This document shows positions 1 through 9,267 of a stretch of 64,000 nt of DNA, one piece after another. The notes under the pieces are model-generated. The model searched no databases. It saw only the letters and a list, made by a program, of their open reading frames with translations, and was not told where the DNA came from. This DNA comes from Myxococcales bacterium (GTDB taxonomy: Bacteria; Myxococcota_A; Polyangia; Polyangiales; DASUME01): positions 6,080,001 to 6,144,000 of the forward strand of contig JASGJH010000001.1 of NCBI GenBank assembly GCA_047601445.1, written 5' to 3'. Made by a program: the position numbers and the translations under genes. The first letter of the stretch is position 1, and each line of letters starts with the position of its first letter.

Positions 1-61
1 AAGCGTTTGCTTTGTTCACGACTTCCTTGCTCACAGGCGTGACTCGGTGTAGCCCGAGAGG

Positions 62-1000
62 ATGCGCTTCGTTTTCGTGATGGATCCGCCCCATGCAATC
101 AAGTTCGAGTCGGACACTTCGTTCGCGTTGATGCTGGAGGCGCAGGCTCAAGGGCATCGCGTCGACCATTGTGAGGCCAAAGATCTGTTTCTCGTCGGTG
201 GTGTTCTGCACGCACAAGTCACGCGCGCTCAGGTTCAGCGCGACCCCATCGAGCCCATCTCGCTGGCGCAGCGCGAGGACGTGAACCTCGAGCACGTCGA
301 CGCGGTGTTCGTGCGCACCGACCCGCCCTTCGACTCGCAGTACCTCTGGTGCACGCTGATGCTCGAGCGCCTGCGCGACAAGACCCTCGTGGTCAACGAT
401 CCGCGCGGCCTGCGCGAGGCCAACGAGAAGCTCTACGCCTGCAACTTCCCGGAGCTCATGCCGGAGACATTGGTCTCCAGCCATCGCGATCGCATCCGCA
501 ACTTCGTGCAGCAGGTCGGCGGGCGGGCGGTCATCAAGCCCATCGATGGTGCGGGCGGCGTGGGCGTGATGGCGCTCATCGAGGGCGACCCCAACCTGCG
601 GGCCATCATCGACAACACCACGCACAACGGCACCCGGGTGGCCATGGTGCAACGCTTCTTGCCCGAGTACAAAGCTGGGGACAAGCGCATCCTGTTGCTC
701 GATGGGGAGCCCATCGGGGCGGTCCTACGGGTACCGCGGGCGGATGACATCGCGAGCAACCTGCGTATGGGTGGCAGCGCCGAGGCCGGTGGCATCGACG
801 ACGCCGACCGCCGCATCATCGAGACGCTGGCCCCGCGCCTGCGCAAGGACGGGCTCTACTTCGTGGGGCTCGATGTGATCGGAGGCTTCCTCACGGAGGT
901 CAACGTCACGAGTCCCACCGGCATCCAGCAAATCTCCCGCCTCAACAACGAGAACGTGCCCAAGCGCGTGATCGATTGGGTGGTCCGCAAGGCCTCCTGA
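62..1000 (+). CDS. gshB: Glutathione synthetase (ATP-grasp)
   Basis: FVMDP, DTSFALMLEAQ, RTDPPFD, NDPRGLREANEKL, GDKRI, GLDVIG..TEVNVTSPTG motifs; 312 aa. Confidence 0.96.
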   Translation: MRFVFVMDPPHAIKFESDTSFALMLEAQAQGHRVDHCEAKDLFLVGGVLHAQVTRAQVQRDPIEPISLAQREDVNLEHVDAVFVRTDPPFDSQYLWCTLMLERLRDKTLVVNDPRGLREANEKLYACNFPELMPETLVSSHRDRIRNFVQQVGGRAVIKPIDGAGGVGVMALIEGDPNLRAIIDNTTHNGTRVAMVQRFLPEYKAGDKRILLLDGEPIGAVLRVPRADDIASNLRMGGSAEAGGIDDADRRIIETLAPRLRKDGLYFVGLDVIGGFLTEVNVTSPTGIQQISRLNNENVPKRVIDWVVRKAS

Positions 1001-1313
1001 GCAGACGCTGACGAACATCAGCGCCTACTCTTTGCCCGCCTTGCGCCAGCAAGGCGGGCCCGTGCCGGCTCCTGTCGCGCCTCCCGCCGCGCGTGCTGCA
1101 AACACGCTGCAAACTTGCGCGCACACGGTTTTGGGACCGATTTAGGCGCGTCGCAAGATTCGCGCGCCACAGGAGCGGTCAAGTCATTGTCCCCAGTGGC
1201 CTGGTCAGCCGCGCCCACTGCGGTGGTCGTTTCTGTCATGGATGGCTGGTTGAAACGCCTCGTTGTGCTGGCGGCCATGCACTCCGACGGCGTTCTCGAA
1301 AGACCAGGAAGAC

Positions 1314-2435
1314 ATGTCCTCCCTTCGCCTAGCTAGCGCTTCGCTTCTGTGGGCCCTGAGCGGCGCGCTCGTCGCTTGCGGCAGTGATCCCGAGCCTCTC
1401 TCCTCCGGTAACCACGACATCCACGGCGACGGGGATGGAGATGGCGACGGGGATGGCGATGGCGATGGTGACGGTGACGAAGGCGACGGCGATACCGGCG
1501 ACGGCGACACTGGCGACGGCGACCGCGGAGACGGGGATGTTGGCGACGGCGATGTCGGCGACGGCGATGTCGGCGATGGCGACGGGGACGTGGTCGGGGA
1601 CGGCGATGGCGACACGGCCACGCCCGGGTGCTGCAAGGACTGCATCTGCCGCGGAGCCGATCCGGCGGACGGCGTGCTCGACAAGAACGGTCCCTTCAAG
1701 ACCGCCAAATACACTGACGGCTTCCGTAACGGTCCCGAGTTCGGAGCGGCCACCGTGTACTACCCGACCGACGCGCCGCCTCCCCTGGCTGGCGTGATCA
1801 TGTGCCCCGGCTATACGGCCGTCCAGAGCTCCATCGCGGCGTGGGGGCCCTTCTTCGCCTCCCACGGCATCGTGCTGGTCACCATCGACACCAACACCAC
1901 CGGAGATCAGGTGCCCCAGCGGGCCAAGGCGCTGCTCGACGCGCTCGATTCCCTCAAGCAGGAAAACACGCGCGACGGCAGTCCGCTCAAGGGCAAGCTC
2001 AGCAAGGATCGCTACGGACTCTCCGGCTGGTCCATGGGCGGAGGCGGCACCTGGATCGCCACCGCTGCGCATCCCGAGCTCAAGACGGGCGTGACCCTGG
2101 CCGGCCACAACGCCACCGCGGGCGGCGGCCAGATCGCAGCCGGCTCCAAGGTGCCCACCCTGATGCTCAACGGCGCCGACGACACCTCCATCCTCGGCGG
2201 ACAAAACCAGACCCAGAACGCCTATGCCGCGATCCCCAGCACCACACCCAAGCTCATGTACATCATGAACGGCGAGGGCCATTTCTCCTGGGGCACGCCC
2301 ACCACCAACGGCAACGCATCGGGTCGCTACGTGATGGCCTGGGAAAAGACCTTCCTCGAGGGCGACGAGCGCTACCGCAAGTTCCTGTTGGTGGAAGGCC
2401 CGAAGGCGGCCGTGTGGGAATCGAACCTGAAGTGA
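1314..2435 (+). CDS. Lipoprotein cutinase/PET-hydrolase-like alpha/beta hydrolase with GD-repeat linker
   Basis: Lipobox LVAC; PGYTA.QSSI..WGP..ASHG, GWSMGGGG nucleophile elbow, candidate Asp (GADD) and His (GEGH); ATG 1314 after AGGA. Confidence 0.85.
   Translation: MSSLRLASASLLWALSGALVACGSDPEPLSSGNHDIHGDGDGDGDGDGDGDGDGDEGDGDTGDGDTGDGDRGDGDVGDGDVGDGDVGDGDGDVVGDGDGDTATPGCCKDCICRGADPADGVLDKNGPFKTAKYTDGFRNGPEFGAATVYYPTDAPPPLAGVIMCPGYTAVQSSIAAWGPFFASHGIVLVTIDTNTTGDQVPQRAKALLDALDSLKQENTRDGSPLKGKLSKDRYGLSGWSMGGGGTWIATAAHPELKTGVTLAGHNATAGGGQIAAGSKVPTLMLNGADDTSILGGQNQTQNAYAAIPSTTPKLMYIMNGEGHFSWGTPTTNGNASGRYVMAWEKTFLEGDERYRKFLLVEGPKAAVWESNLK
1426..1612 (+). repeat. Low-complexity (GDGD)n coding repeat
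   Basis: GGCGAC/GGCGAT iterations encoding a Gly-Asp linker. Confidence 0.9.
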
Positions 2436-2468
2436 AGTGAACTAGGGCGGGGGCGCCGCAGCCACGGT

Positions 2469-4622
2469 TCAGAGCGTCTCTAGATAGGCGCTCAAGTCCT
2501 GCAAGTCCTGCTGCGACAGATGCGACACCTTGCCGTGCTTGTCGCCGCCGCACCTGGCGTCGAAGCGGTCGAGTAGGGTCTTGGCGCAGCCATCGTGCAT
2601 GTAGGGTGCGCGCGTGCCCACGCCGCGCAGGGAGGGCACCTGGAACATGCCGCCCGTGCCCACGTCGGCGCTCAAGTTGTTGGTGAGCGTGGCCCCTTGG
2701 TGGCAGTCGGTGCAGCCGACCGCATCGGACACGAACAGCGATTCACCACGTGCCACGCTCGAGCTGTCGCGGGCTTCGAGTTTGAGCGCAGGTTGCACGT
2801 CGATCCAGCCCGAGAGCGCGTCGGCGTAGCGCTGCTCGACGGCGAAGCCACCCATGCGGCCCGTCATCACGTTATCCACCAAGTGCTTGAAGGTCGGCAG
2901 GTCTCCATCCCAGTGGAAGGGCGCCGTGGCCAGGAACCCTCCACGCATGTTCTGGGTGCGTCGCGGACCGATGCCCTCGAAGGTCCACACGTGGCCGTCG
3001 TCGAGTGCTTCGCCATGGCAAGAGGCGCAGGCGAGTCCGCTGCCCACGTTGGCATGGAACAGGTCGTGGCCCGTGTCCTGGGCTGACGTGTCGTTCAGGG
3101 AGATTGCGAGATCCTCGTTCACCGAGCTCAAGAACTCGCTGCCCGGCGTCAAGTCGACGAGGTCCGTCGCGGATGCCTTGAGCGTGTACACACGGAGCGT
3201 GGCGGGCTCGCGGCTTTGCACGTAGAGCTTTCCCTTGCCATCGAAGGCCACGGCGGTGGCCTGATAGTCGGTGCCCACCGAATAGGTGGAGAAGCTGCAG
3301 CCTCCCGGGATCATCGTGGGGATCCCCGCGTCGGAGCCCGGCAAGCCCGCATCCTTCTCCGTGCCTGGCGAGCCCGCATCCTTCTCCGTGCGTGGCGTGC
3401 CCGCGTCCTCTTCATCTCCATGGTGACGACAGTGACGTTCGTGCCCGCCGACGTTGTAGTGTGCGTTGTAGAAGAGCACGGTGGGGCCGCCCTGCAGGTA
3501 GTTGCCCGCTGCAGCCACGACGAGCCAGACGTTGTCCGGCGAGAGCACGGCATCCACCGCCACCGTCGCGTCGGTCATCGGCATCACGGCTTCGTTGGGT
3601 CCTTCCGGTCCGGTGAGCGTGGCGGCTGCTTGCGTGATGGTCCCGCAGCCTCCGCCGTAGCCGCCCGGCTGCGTGGAGACCTCTTCGCGCTGGGAGCGCT
3701 GGTGCAACGTGAAGACGGTGTCGTCCGGTCCGAGCATGCTGCGCCAGGCCAGTGTGGCGCTCATGGTGACTTCGGTGGGCGTCAGCGTCCCCGGCTGGGG
3801 GGCAAGCTCCGCGGACATGCCATCGGGCGGGAGCAGGGGAATCCCGCCGGCGAAGCGCGACTCGTGGGAGTCGGGTGGTGCTAGACGCGCGAGGACCTGG
3901 CCCTTGGAATCGAGGCGCAGCAGTTCGGCACTCCGGTAACGCGTGACGTAGAGCGCATGGTTCGTGACCACCACGTCGCGCAGGTCGTGATCGATGAACA
4001 CGCGCTGCTTCTCGGAGTAGTCGCTGGCCGAGAGCCACACGACATCGCCGCTACTGCACGCGACCACCAGGGAAGCGCTTTTTGGATCGACGGCCACTCC
4101 GCGCGGCATGTCGCACACGCGCGTGCTGCTCGCGAGCTTGAGCTTGGCAAGGTCGAGGTGTGCCAGCTCACCGGTGCCTCGCATCACCACGTGGGCTTGG
4201 CCGCGCGCATCGAACAGCACACGCGAGGGCTCGCTGCCGTTGGGCATCTGCAACGTGGTGACTTGCTTGGTGGCCAGCTTGACGAGGTAGATGGCGTCCC
4301 GATCCGGGTCCGAGGCCACCGCCAAGGTGCCGTCCGCGGACACGGCGAGGGTGCCGCCGCTGATGGCGGGTGGGCGCTTGGTCGGGGTGATTACGTCGCC
4401 GAGGCGCGCGGGGGGAGGCAGGGTGGCGAAGTCGCTGCCCGCATCCAAGGGCGAGGGCTCGAAGCCATCCCCGATGGGTCGTGACAGATGGCCCGATTCT
4501 CCGCACGCGGCCAGACACAACAGCCCAAGACCCAAAGACTTTTTGACGGTGGTCCGCACGCACGCCTCCACTGATTTCGGCGCCAGCCCGCTCCACCAGG
4601 GAGGGTGGGAGACCGGCGCCAA
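2469..4622 (-). CDS. Lipoprotein with beta-propeller and C-terminal di-heme cytochrome c (CcP/MauG-like) domain
   Basis: LAAC lipobox; CASCH and CTDCH; TAPFHWDG, VPSLRG..RAPYMHDG; true start probably downstream of 4622. Confidence 0.8.
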   Translation of the reverse strand: MAPVSHPPWWSGLAPKSVEACVRTTVKKSLGLGLLCLAACGESGHLSRPIGDGFEPSPLDAGSDFATLPPPARLGDVITPTKRPPAISGGTLAVSADGTLAVASDPDRDAIYLVKLATKQVTTLQMPNGSEPSRVLFDARGQAHVVMRGTGELAHLDLAKLKLASSTRVCDMPRGVAVDPKSASLVVACSSGDVVWLSASDYSEKQRVFIDHDLRDVVVTNHALYVTRYRSAELLRLDSKGQVLARLAPPDSHESRFAGGIPLLPPDGMSAELAPQPGTLTPTEVTMSATLAWRSMLGPDDTVFTLHQRSQREEVSTQPGGYGGGCGTITQAAATLTGPEGPNEAVMPMTDATVAVDAVLSPDNVWLVVAAAGNYLQGGPTVLFYNAHYNVGGHERHCRHHGDEEDAGTPRTEKDAGSPGTEKDAGLPGSDAGIPTMIPGGCSFSTYSVGTDYQATAVAFDGKGKLYVQSREPATLRVYTLKASATDLVDLTPGSEFLSSVNEDLAISLNDTSAQDTGHDLFHANVGSGLACASCHGEALDDGHVWTFEGIGPRRTQNMRGGFLATAPFHWDGDLPTFKHLVDNVMTGRMGGFAVEQRYADALSGWIDVQPALKLEARDSSSVARGESLFVSDAVGCTDCHQGATLTNNLSADVGTGGMFQVPSLRGVGTRAPYMHDGCAKTLLDRFDARCGGDKHGKVSHLSQQDLQDLSAYLETL

Positions 4623-4713
4623 TCTATCTGTGCATCGGGTAACGCCAAACAGCTCAACAAAAAGTCCGCGAGGTCGGGGCGATGCGGGCTTTAACCGCGC
4701 GTTTCACCCTGAC

Positions 4714-5979
4714 TCAGCGCCGATAGATGGGTAGGTGCATCCCGAACTTGGAGCCCTTACCGAGCTCGCTGCTGGCCGAGATGAACCCGCCGTACTGCGT
4801 GACGATATCGCGTGAGATGGTGAGGCCCAAGCCCGTGCCCTTGCCGGCAGGCTTGGTGGTGTAGAACGGCTCGAAGATCTGCGACACCATCTCCGGTGCC
4901 ATCCCGCAGCCCGTGTCCTCCACTTCGACCACCACCTCGCGCCCCGTGAGCTGCGTATTCTCGAGATGACTCGCGTCGCTGGCGGGCACTTCGCGAACAC
5001 GCACGCGGATCTCGTGTTCGTCGGGGGCACCCTCCGGGATGGCCTGGGCAGCGTTCACCAGCAAGTTCAGGATGGCGTGGGCCAAGGGACCCTCGCTCGC
5101 GCGCACCAGCGGCACCGGCTCCAGCTGCGCGATCACGTGGGCGCGATTCTCCATCTGGTGCGCGGCCAGGCGCGTCGCTGCGTCGAGTGCCCGTAGCGGG
5201 TCCGTCATGGGCTCGTCGCTCTCGCCAGTTTCGCGGAAGGTCGTGAGCAAGCTGACCGCGAAGGCCACGCGCTCGGCTTCCGAATAGACCCGCTCCAGAA
5301 GCTGACGCAGATGGGGACCGCCGCGCAGGCCCGTGCGCTCGTCGTCGTAGTTGGAAGCGTTCGCCGCGTCGTCCTGCTTCGCGCGGGCTTCGAGCTCGCC
5401 GCAGGCACCCAGTGCCTTGTCCAGGAGTTCCAGCATGCGCCCCACGGGGGTGTTGATCTCGTGGCTGACGCTGGCCACCAACATGTTCAACGACGCCATG
5501 CGCTCCACCTGAACGGCGCGTGCCGCGAGCCGACGTCGCTCGCTCGCCAGCAACACGTGCTCGATCACGCTGCAGAGTCGCTCGAGGTCCACCGGCTTGC
5601 TCAAGTAGGCCGCCGCGTCGATGGCGGCCGCGAAGGGCGAGGTGTCTCCCGAGACTGCGATCACCGGGATATCGAGCAAGGAAGGTTGCTTCTTTTGTTC
5701 CACGCGAAAGTCCCATCCGTTCATGCCGGGTAACATCAGATCGAGCACGATGAGGTCGGGTCGCCCTCCGTTCAACATCGCCCGCAATGCCAGGTCGGCG
5801 TCCGCGTAGCACTCCACGCGATGGCCCCTCGCGCGCAAGCGTTCACTGAGCAAACGGGATGTGTCCTCGTCGTCGTCGATGATGGCGATGGACGTTGCGT
5901 GCTGCTCTTCATGCTGTTCCGGCGCGCGGCGAGCGTGCTCGCGCGCCGACCCGCGCGCGCCGACCTCTTGGTGCGACAT
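4714..5979 (-). CDS. Hybrid sensor kinase (N-terminal receiver + HisKA/HATPase)
   Basis: IIDDD, LDLMLP, SKP; SHEINTP, NLLVNA, DTGCG, FEPFYTTK, GTGLGL; GAGGAG RBS before ATG 5979. Confidence 0.9.
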   Translation of the reverse strand: MSHQEVGARGSAREHARRAPEQHEEQHATSIAIIDDDEDTSRLLSERLRARGHRVECYADADLALRAMLNGGRPDLIVLDLMLPGMNGWDFRVEQKKQPSLLDIPVIAVSGDTSPFAAAIDAAAYLSKPVDLERLCSVIEHVLLASERRRLAARAVQVERMASLNMLVASVSHEINTPVGRMLELLDKALGACGELEARAKQDDAANASNYDDERTGLRGGPHLRQLLERVYSEAERVAFAVSLLTTFRETGESDEPMTDPLRALDAATRLAAHQMENRAHVIAQLEPVPLVRASEGPLAHAILNLLVNAAQAIPEGAPDEHEIRVRVREVPASDASHLENTQLTGREVVVEVEDTGCGMAPEMVSQIFEPFYTTKPAGKGTGLGLTISRDIVTQYGGFISASSELGKGSKFGMHLPIYRR

Positions 5980-6354
5980 GTGGGCTCCTCGAATTGAAAG
6001 CTTCCCCGCCGCGAAGGCCTGCAAGAAATGGGCAAAAATCGGCCGTCAGAGTCCCCGTTGGGGATCACTCGGGTTTCACCAAATGGCGGCCCAATCGACG
6101 CACTGGGGCCTCTCGCAAGAACGCCACGCTGCGCCACCTCTGCGCGCGATCTTCCACGTGGTCCTCCTCTTCAGCTCACGCTCTGACTGCGACGGGCGCA
6201 GTTTTGCTGGAACTTCCCGCTGGTTTTCCTGCGTCCCAGAACGGCACGCCTTCTGCACTGGCCCCAAGACAGGTTCGGTGAGGCGCGCGACAAGCGCGCG
6301 AGAGGACGAAGGAAGCGCGCTTTTCGAAGCGCGCATGAGACAGGAGGGAAACCC

Positions 6355-6531
6355 ATGCTTCGCTACGCCGTGATTTTCTTCATCGCAGCCCTGGTCGCTG
6401 CCTTCTTCGGGTTCGGCGGTATCGCCTCGGGTGCCGCGTCCATCGGCAAGCTGTTCTTCATCGGCTTTCTGATTTTGGCTGTGATCAGCGGCGTGGGACA
6501 CCTCGTGGGTGGCTCACGACGGCTTCCATGA
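6355..6531 (+). CDS. Small membrane protein, DUF1328/YtjA family (58 aa, absent from ORF track)
   Basis: Hand translation MLRYAVIFFIAALVAAFFGFGGIASGAASIGKLFF...; AGGAGG RBS. Confidence 0.9.
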   Translation: MLRYAVIFFIAALVAAFFGFGGIASGAASIGKLFFIGFLILAVISGVGHLVGGSRRLP

Positions 6532-6799
6532 GCGGCTCGCTAGGCCCTGTCCGATGCTCGCACGGCCAGGAAAAACCGGCCGGCGACATCGCGACAGAGC
6601 GCTTTCGCTTGATGCGGGACCACGCGCGTGCGCGTCTGCGTGCTCTTGGCGAGCTCGCGCGTGCGCGCTTGCGCGCCCATGGCCTGATGCTGCGTTGGTC
6701 CGGGATTCCTGGCATAGCCGGTGCTCCCCTCCAGCTACCGAACCAACATGAACTCAGCGCGGGCTGAAGAAGCCGGCGACGTTTCAATCGGAGGCGCCC

Positions 6800-7036
6800 A
6801 TGGAGAGCGTGATCGGACAATACGCGAGCGAGGAAGAGGCAACCCAGGCGGTGCGCGCCCTGGAGCGCGACCACCAGATGTCCATCCAGGACCTGTTCAT
6901 CGCTGACCGCAAGCGAAGGATTTGGCGTCGGTTCACGCCTCCGCAAGGGCGATCGTTTTCCGAGAACGCGAACTTCTTGGTGGTGATGAGAGGTGAGGCA
7001 GGCGACATCGAGAAGGCGAGGAAGTTTCTGGATTGA
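6800..7036 (+). CDS. Small hypothetical protein
   Basis: GGAGG RBS, natural composition, GC3-rich codons. Confidence 0.65.
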   Translation: MESVIGQYASEEEATQAVRALERDHQMSIQDLFIADRKRRIWRRFTPPQGRSFSENANFLVVMRGEAGDIEKARKFLD

Positions 7037-7044
7037 GGAAGAAT

Positions 7045-7200
7045 GGCGGTGACGGGGGCGGTCGCGGCTGAGGCGGGTGACCGCGGCGGGTGACCGCGGC
7101 GGGTGACCGCGGCGGAGGCGGAGGCGGAGGCGGAGGCCGTGGCGGTGGTCGAGGCCGTGGCGGGTGACCGTGCTGGTGGCGGGAAAACCGTGGCGGTGGC
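7045..7200. repeat. Intergenic G-rich micro/minisatellite
   Basis: GCGGGTGACCGCG x3, GGCGGA x4, degenerate CCGTGGCGG units. Confidence 0.8.
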
Positions 7201-7246
7201 TTCACCGTTGTCGCTGTGCCGGGGGATGCGCTAGCGTTGGGGCATC

Positions 7247-7576
7247 GTGAAGATCTCGCGCATAGCGCTCGCCCGCACGTTCCGGGCCTGGTTGGCAGGC
7301 GCGATTCTTTCGCTCACGTTCGTTCCAGCGGTGTCGGCTTGGTCGGAGAGCGGGCCTGCGCCGAGTGCGCAGGTAGCGCGCGCCACCGCAGCCCGTGCAA
7401 AGCTCCCGCGAGCGCAGGGCTCGGAAGAGGTCCGCGCGGTCTGCGCGCTTGCGGAACCTTCGGTCGCATCGGCATGGGCTCCCGCTCCCCTCGTGCACTC
7501 GGTGCCGGCTGCGGCCACGCCGCTGCGTGTACCACGGGTAGCTCGCTACATCAGACACTGCTCGCTGCTCCGGTGA
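7247..7576 (+). CDS. Hypothetical protein, possible signal peptide
   Basis: Hydrophobic N-terminal segment; no family recognised. Confidence 0.4.
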   Translation: MKISRIALARTFRAWLAGAILSLTFVPAVSAWSESGPAPSAQVARATAARAKLPRAQGSEEVRAVCALAEPSVASAWAPAPLVHSVPAAATPLRVPRVARYIRHCSLLR

Positions 7577-7633
7577 AGGGCTGATCGCGTCGCTCGCGAT
7601 CTCGGTTTGCCCTCACTCACAGGAGCTTTTCGC

Positions 7634-7843
7634 ATGCCCTTTCCGCAACGGGCGGCCGCGCGCCGTCCGAGTTTGCTGCGCACCATCGTGCGCGGCTGTT
7701 GGCGTTTGCTTTGGCGAGCCCTGCGCATCCTCGCGCTGGTGATGATCGCCGTGTCACCCAATGCGCCTCCACCGCCGCTGCCGCGTCCGCCGCCTATTGA
7801 AGCGCGGGCAGAGGAGGGGGAGGGGGATGAGGAGGAGCCTTGA
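7634..7843 (+). CDS. Small membrane-associated Pro-rich/acidic-tail protein
   Basis: AGGAG upstream; basic-hydrophobic segment, PPPPLP, acidic C-terminus. Confidence 0.55.
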   Translation: MPFPQRAAARRPSLLRTIVRGCWRLLWRALRILALVMIAVSPNAPPPPLPRPPPIEARAEEGEGDEEEP

Positions 7844-7926
7844 GGGCATTCGCTTAGGGCGGCAATGCGTAGAGGAGGTTCCTCAGAAGTACCAGCCGGT
7901 CCATGATTTCGTGCTGCGATAGGACC

Positions 7927-9156
7927 CTAAAACCACGCCGTCCCTCCGATCGTCACCGTATTCTGCGCCCGCCGGTTCGGCACGTACGCGCCGTCCGGCG
8001 TCTCTCCAACCGCTCCACCAAAGTACATGCGCCCGCTTGCCTGATCGTGGCGATACTCGAGTCGGAACGAGATTTGTTCGTGGGGCCGATAGTCGAGGGT
8101 TCCCGTGCCCTCGGCCAGCCAGGTCACGGGCCAGAAGATCGCGCCTGTGCGCACGCCGTCTACGCGCGGAGCGTGCTCATAGAAGGCGTCGCCGCGGGCT
8201 GCCAGGTAGAGCACGGACAGGAGCTTCACTCGGGCGTAGAGAGCTCCGGCGATCCAGCGATCACGGCCGATGCGATTGGGTTCGAAGCCGGAGGTGGCCT
8301 GGCCGATCAGAGACACGCGGTCGGTGATGGTCCAGGTGGCGTGGGCGTCGAACAGGTTGCGCCAGGGTTGGCCTTCGGGACTGCCGTTCGAGCGTTCGAC
8401 GCCGCCGAAGTACAGGAGCTGCGCCGACAGCGTGCGGGATGTGTAGTTGAGCTGTGTCGAGAGCGACTTGCGGAAGTTGTTGTCGACCACGGAGTTGTAG
8501 CCGTTGTAGGCCGCGAGCGTGAACGACCAGGCGTCGGTGAGTGCGTAGGTGGCGCGGGCACCGGTGTGATAGAAGGGAAAGCCGAAGAACAGGTTTGAGC
8601 GGGACCAGTTCCAGTTGTCGCGCACGGCCATGGACTCGGGGCCGATGGGGGACAGGAAGAGTCCGGCAGCGACCTCGAATGCGGGCACGAAGCGGTACCC
8701 GAGGTAGGCCTGTTGTACGTACTTCCAGAGCGCTGCGTTGCTGGCGTTGGCCCCGCTCGAGCCCCGCTTGTCGGGCTCGGACATGTAGTAGGTGGACGGG
8801 GTGTGGCCGACCTGCAGGGTCAGGCGTCCGAAGATGTCGTGATAGTCCCAGAGCGCGTCGAGCGCGACGTTCGAGAGCGTGAAGGTGTCGTGGCGGTTGT
8901 CGAAGCCGCGATAGTTGGTGATGCCGTTGTTGGGGCGGTTGAAATTCCACTGATAGAAAGCCTCGGCGTAGGCCCCGAGGCGGAAGGCAGGAGGCTTGTG
9001 CGCGGGCGCTGCCGCAGGCTCGAGTGCCTGCGAAGGCTCGGGCGCCGATACAGCTGCAGGCGACCGCGCAGGCGCGTCGGCCTCTTGGGCGCGTGCAGAC
9101 GTATGCAAGCAAGCCAAGAAGATCAGGCCGAGTGACCAGCTGCCGAGCGTTCGCAT
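7927..9156 (-). CDS. Outer-membrane beta-barrel porin-like protein
   Basis: Signal peptide; QQAY, GLFLSPIGPE, NWNWSRS, RLEYRHD; C-terminal Phe. Confidence 0.85.
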   Translation of the reverse strand: MRTLGSWSLGLIFLACLHTSARAQEADAPARSPAAVSAPEPSQALEPAAAPAHKPPAFRLGAYAEAFYQWNFNRPNNGITNYRGFDNRHDTFTLSNVALDALWDYHDIFGRLTLQVGHTPSTYYMSEPDKRGSSGANASNAALWKYVQQAYLGYRFVPAFEVAAGLFLSPIGPESMAVRDNWNWSRSNLFFGFPFYHTGARATYALTDAWSFTLAAYNGYNSVVDNNFRKSLSTQLNYTSRTLSAQLLYFGGVERSNGSPEGQPWRNLFDAHATWTITDRVSLIGQATSGFEPNRIGRDRWIAGALYARVKLLSVLYLAARGDAFYEHAPRVDGVRTGAIFWPVTWLAEGTGTLDYRPHEQISFRLEYRHDQASGRMYFGGAVGETPDGAYVPNRRAQNTVTIGGTAWF

Positions 9157-9267
9157 ATCCCCGGCCAGTCCTTGTATCTGCTCTGCGCTTGAGCAGCACG
9201 AGAAAACGTGCCCCGCTGGGCTCAAGAATTCATCAAGACGCGACGCGCTTCCTATGAGGGCGGCGCG

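Noticed and set aside
6528..6767. 79-aa ORF overlapping the DUF1328 stop
   Set aside because: No RBS or recognisable features; possible but unsupported
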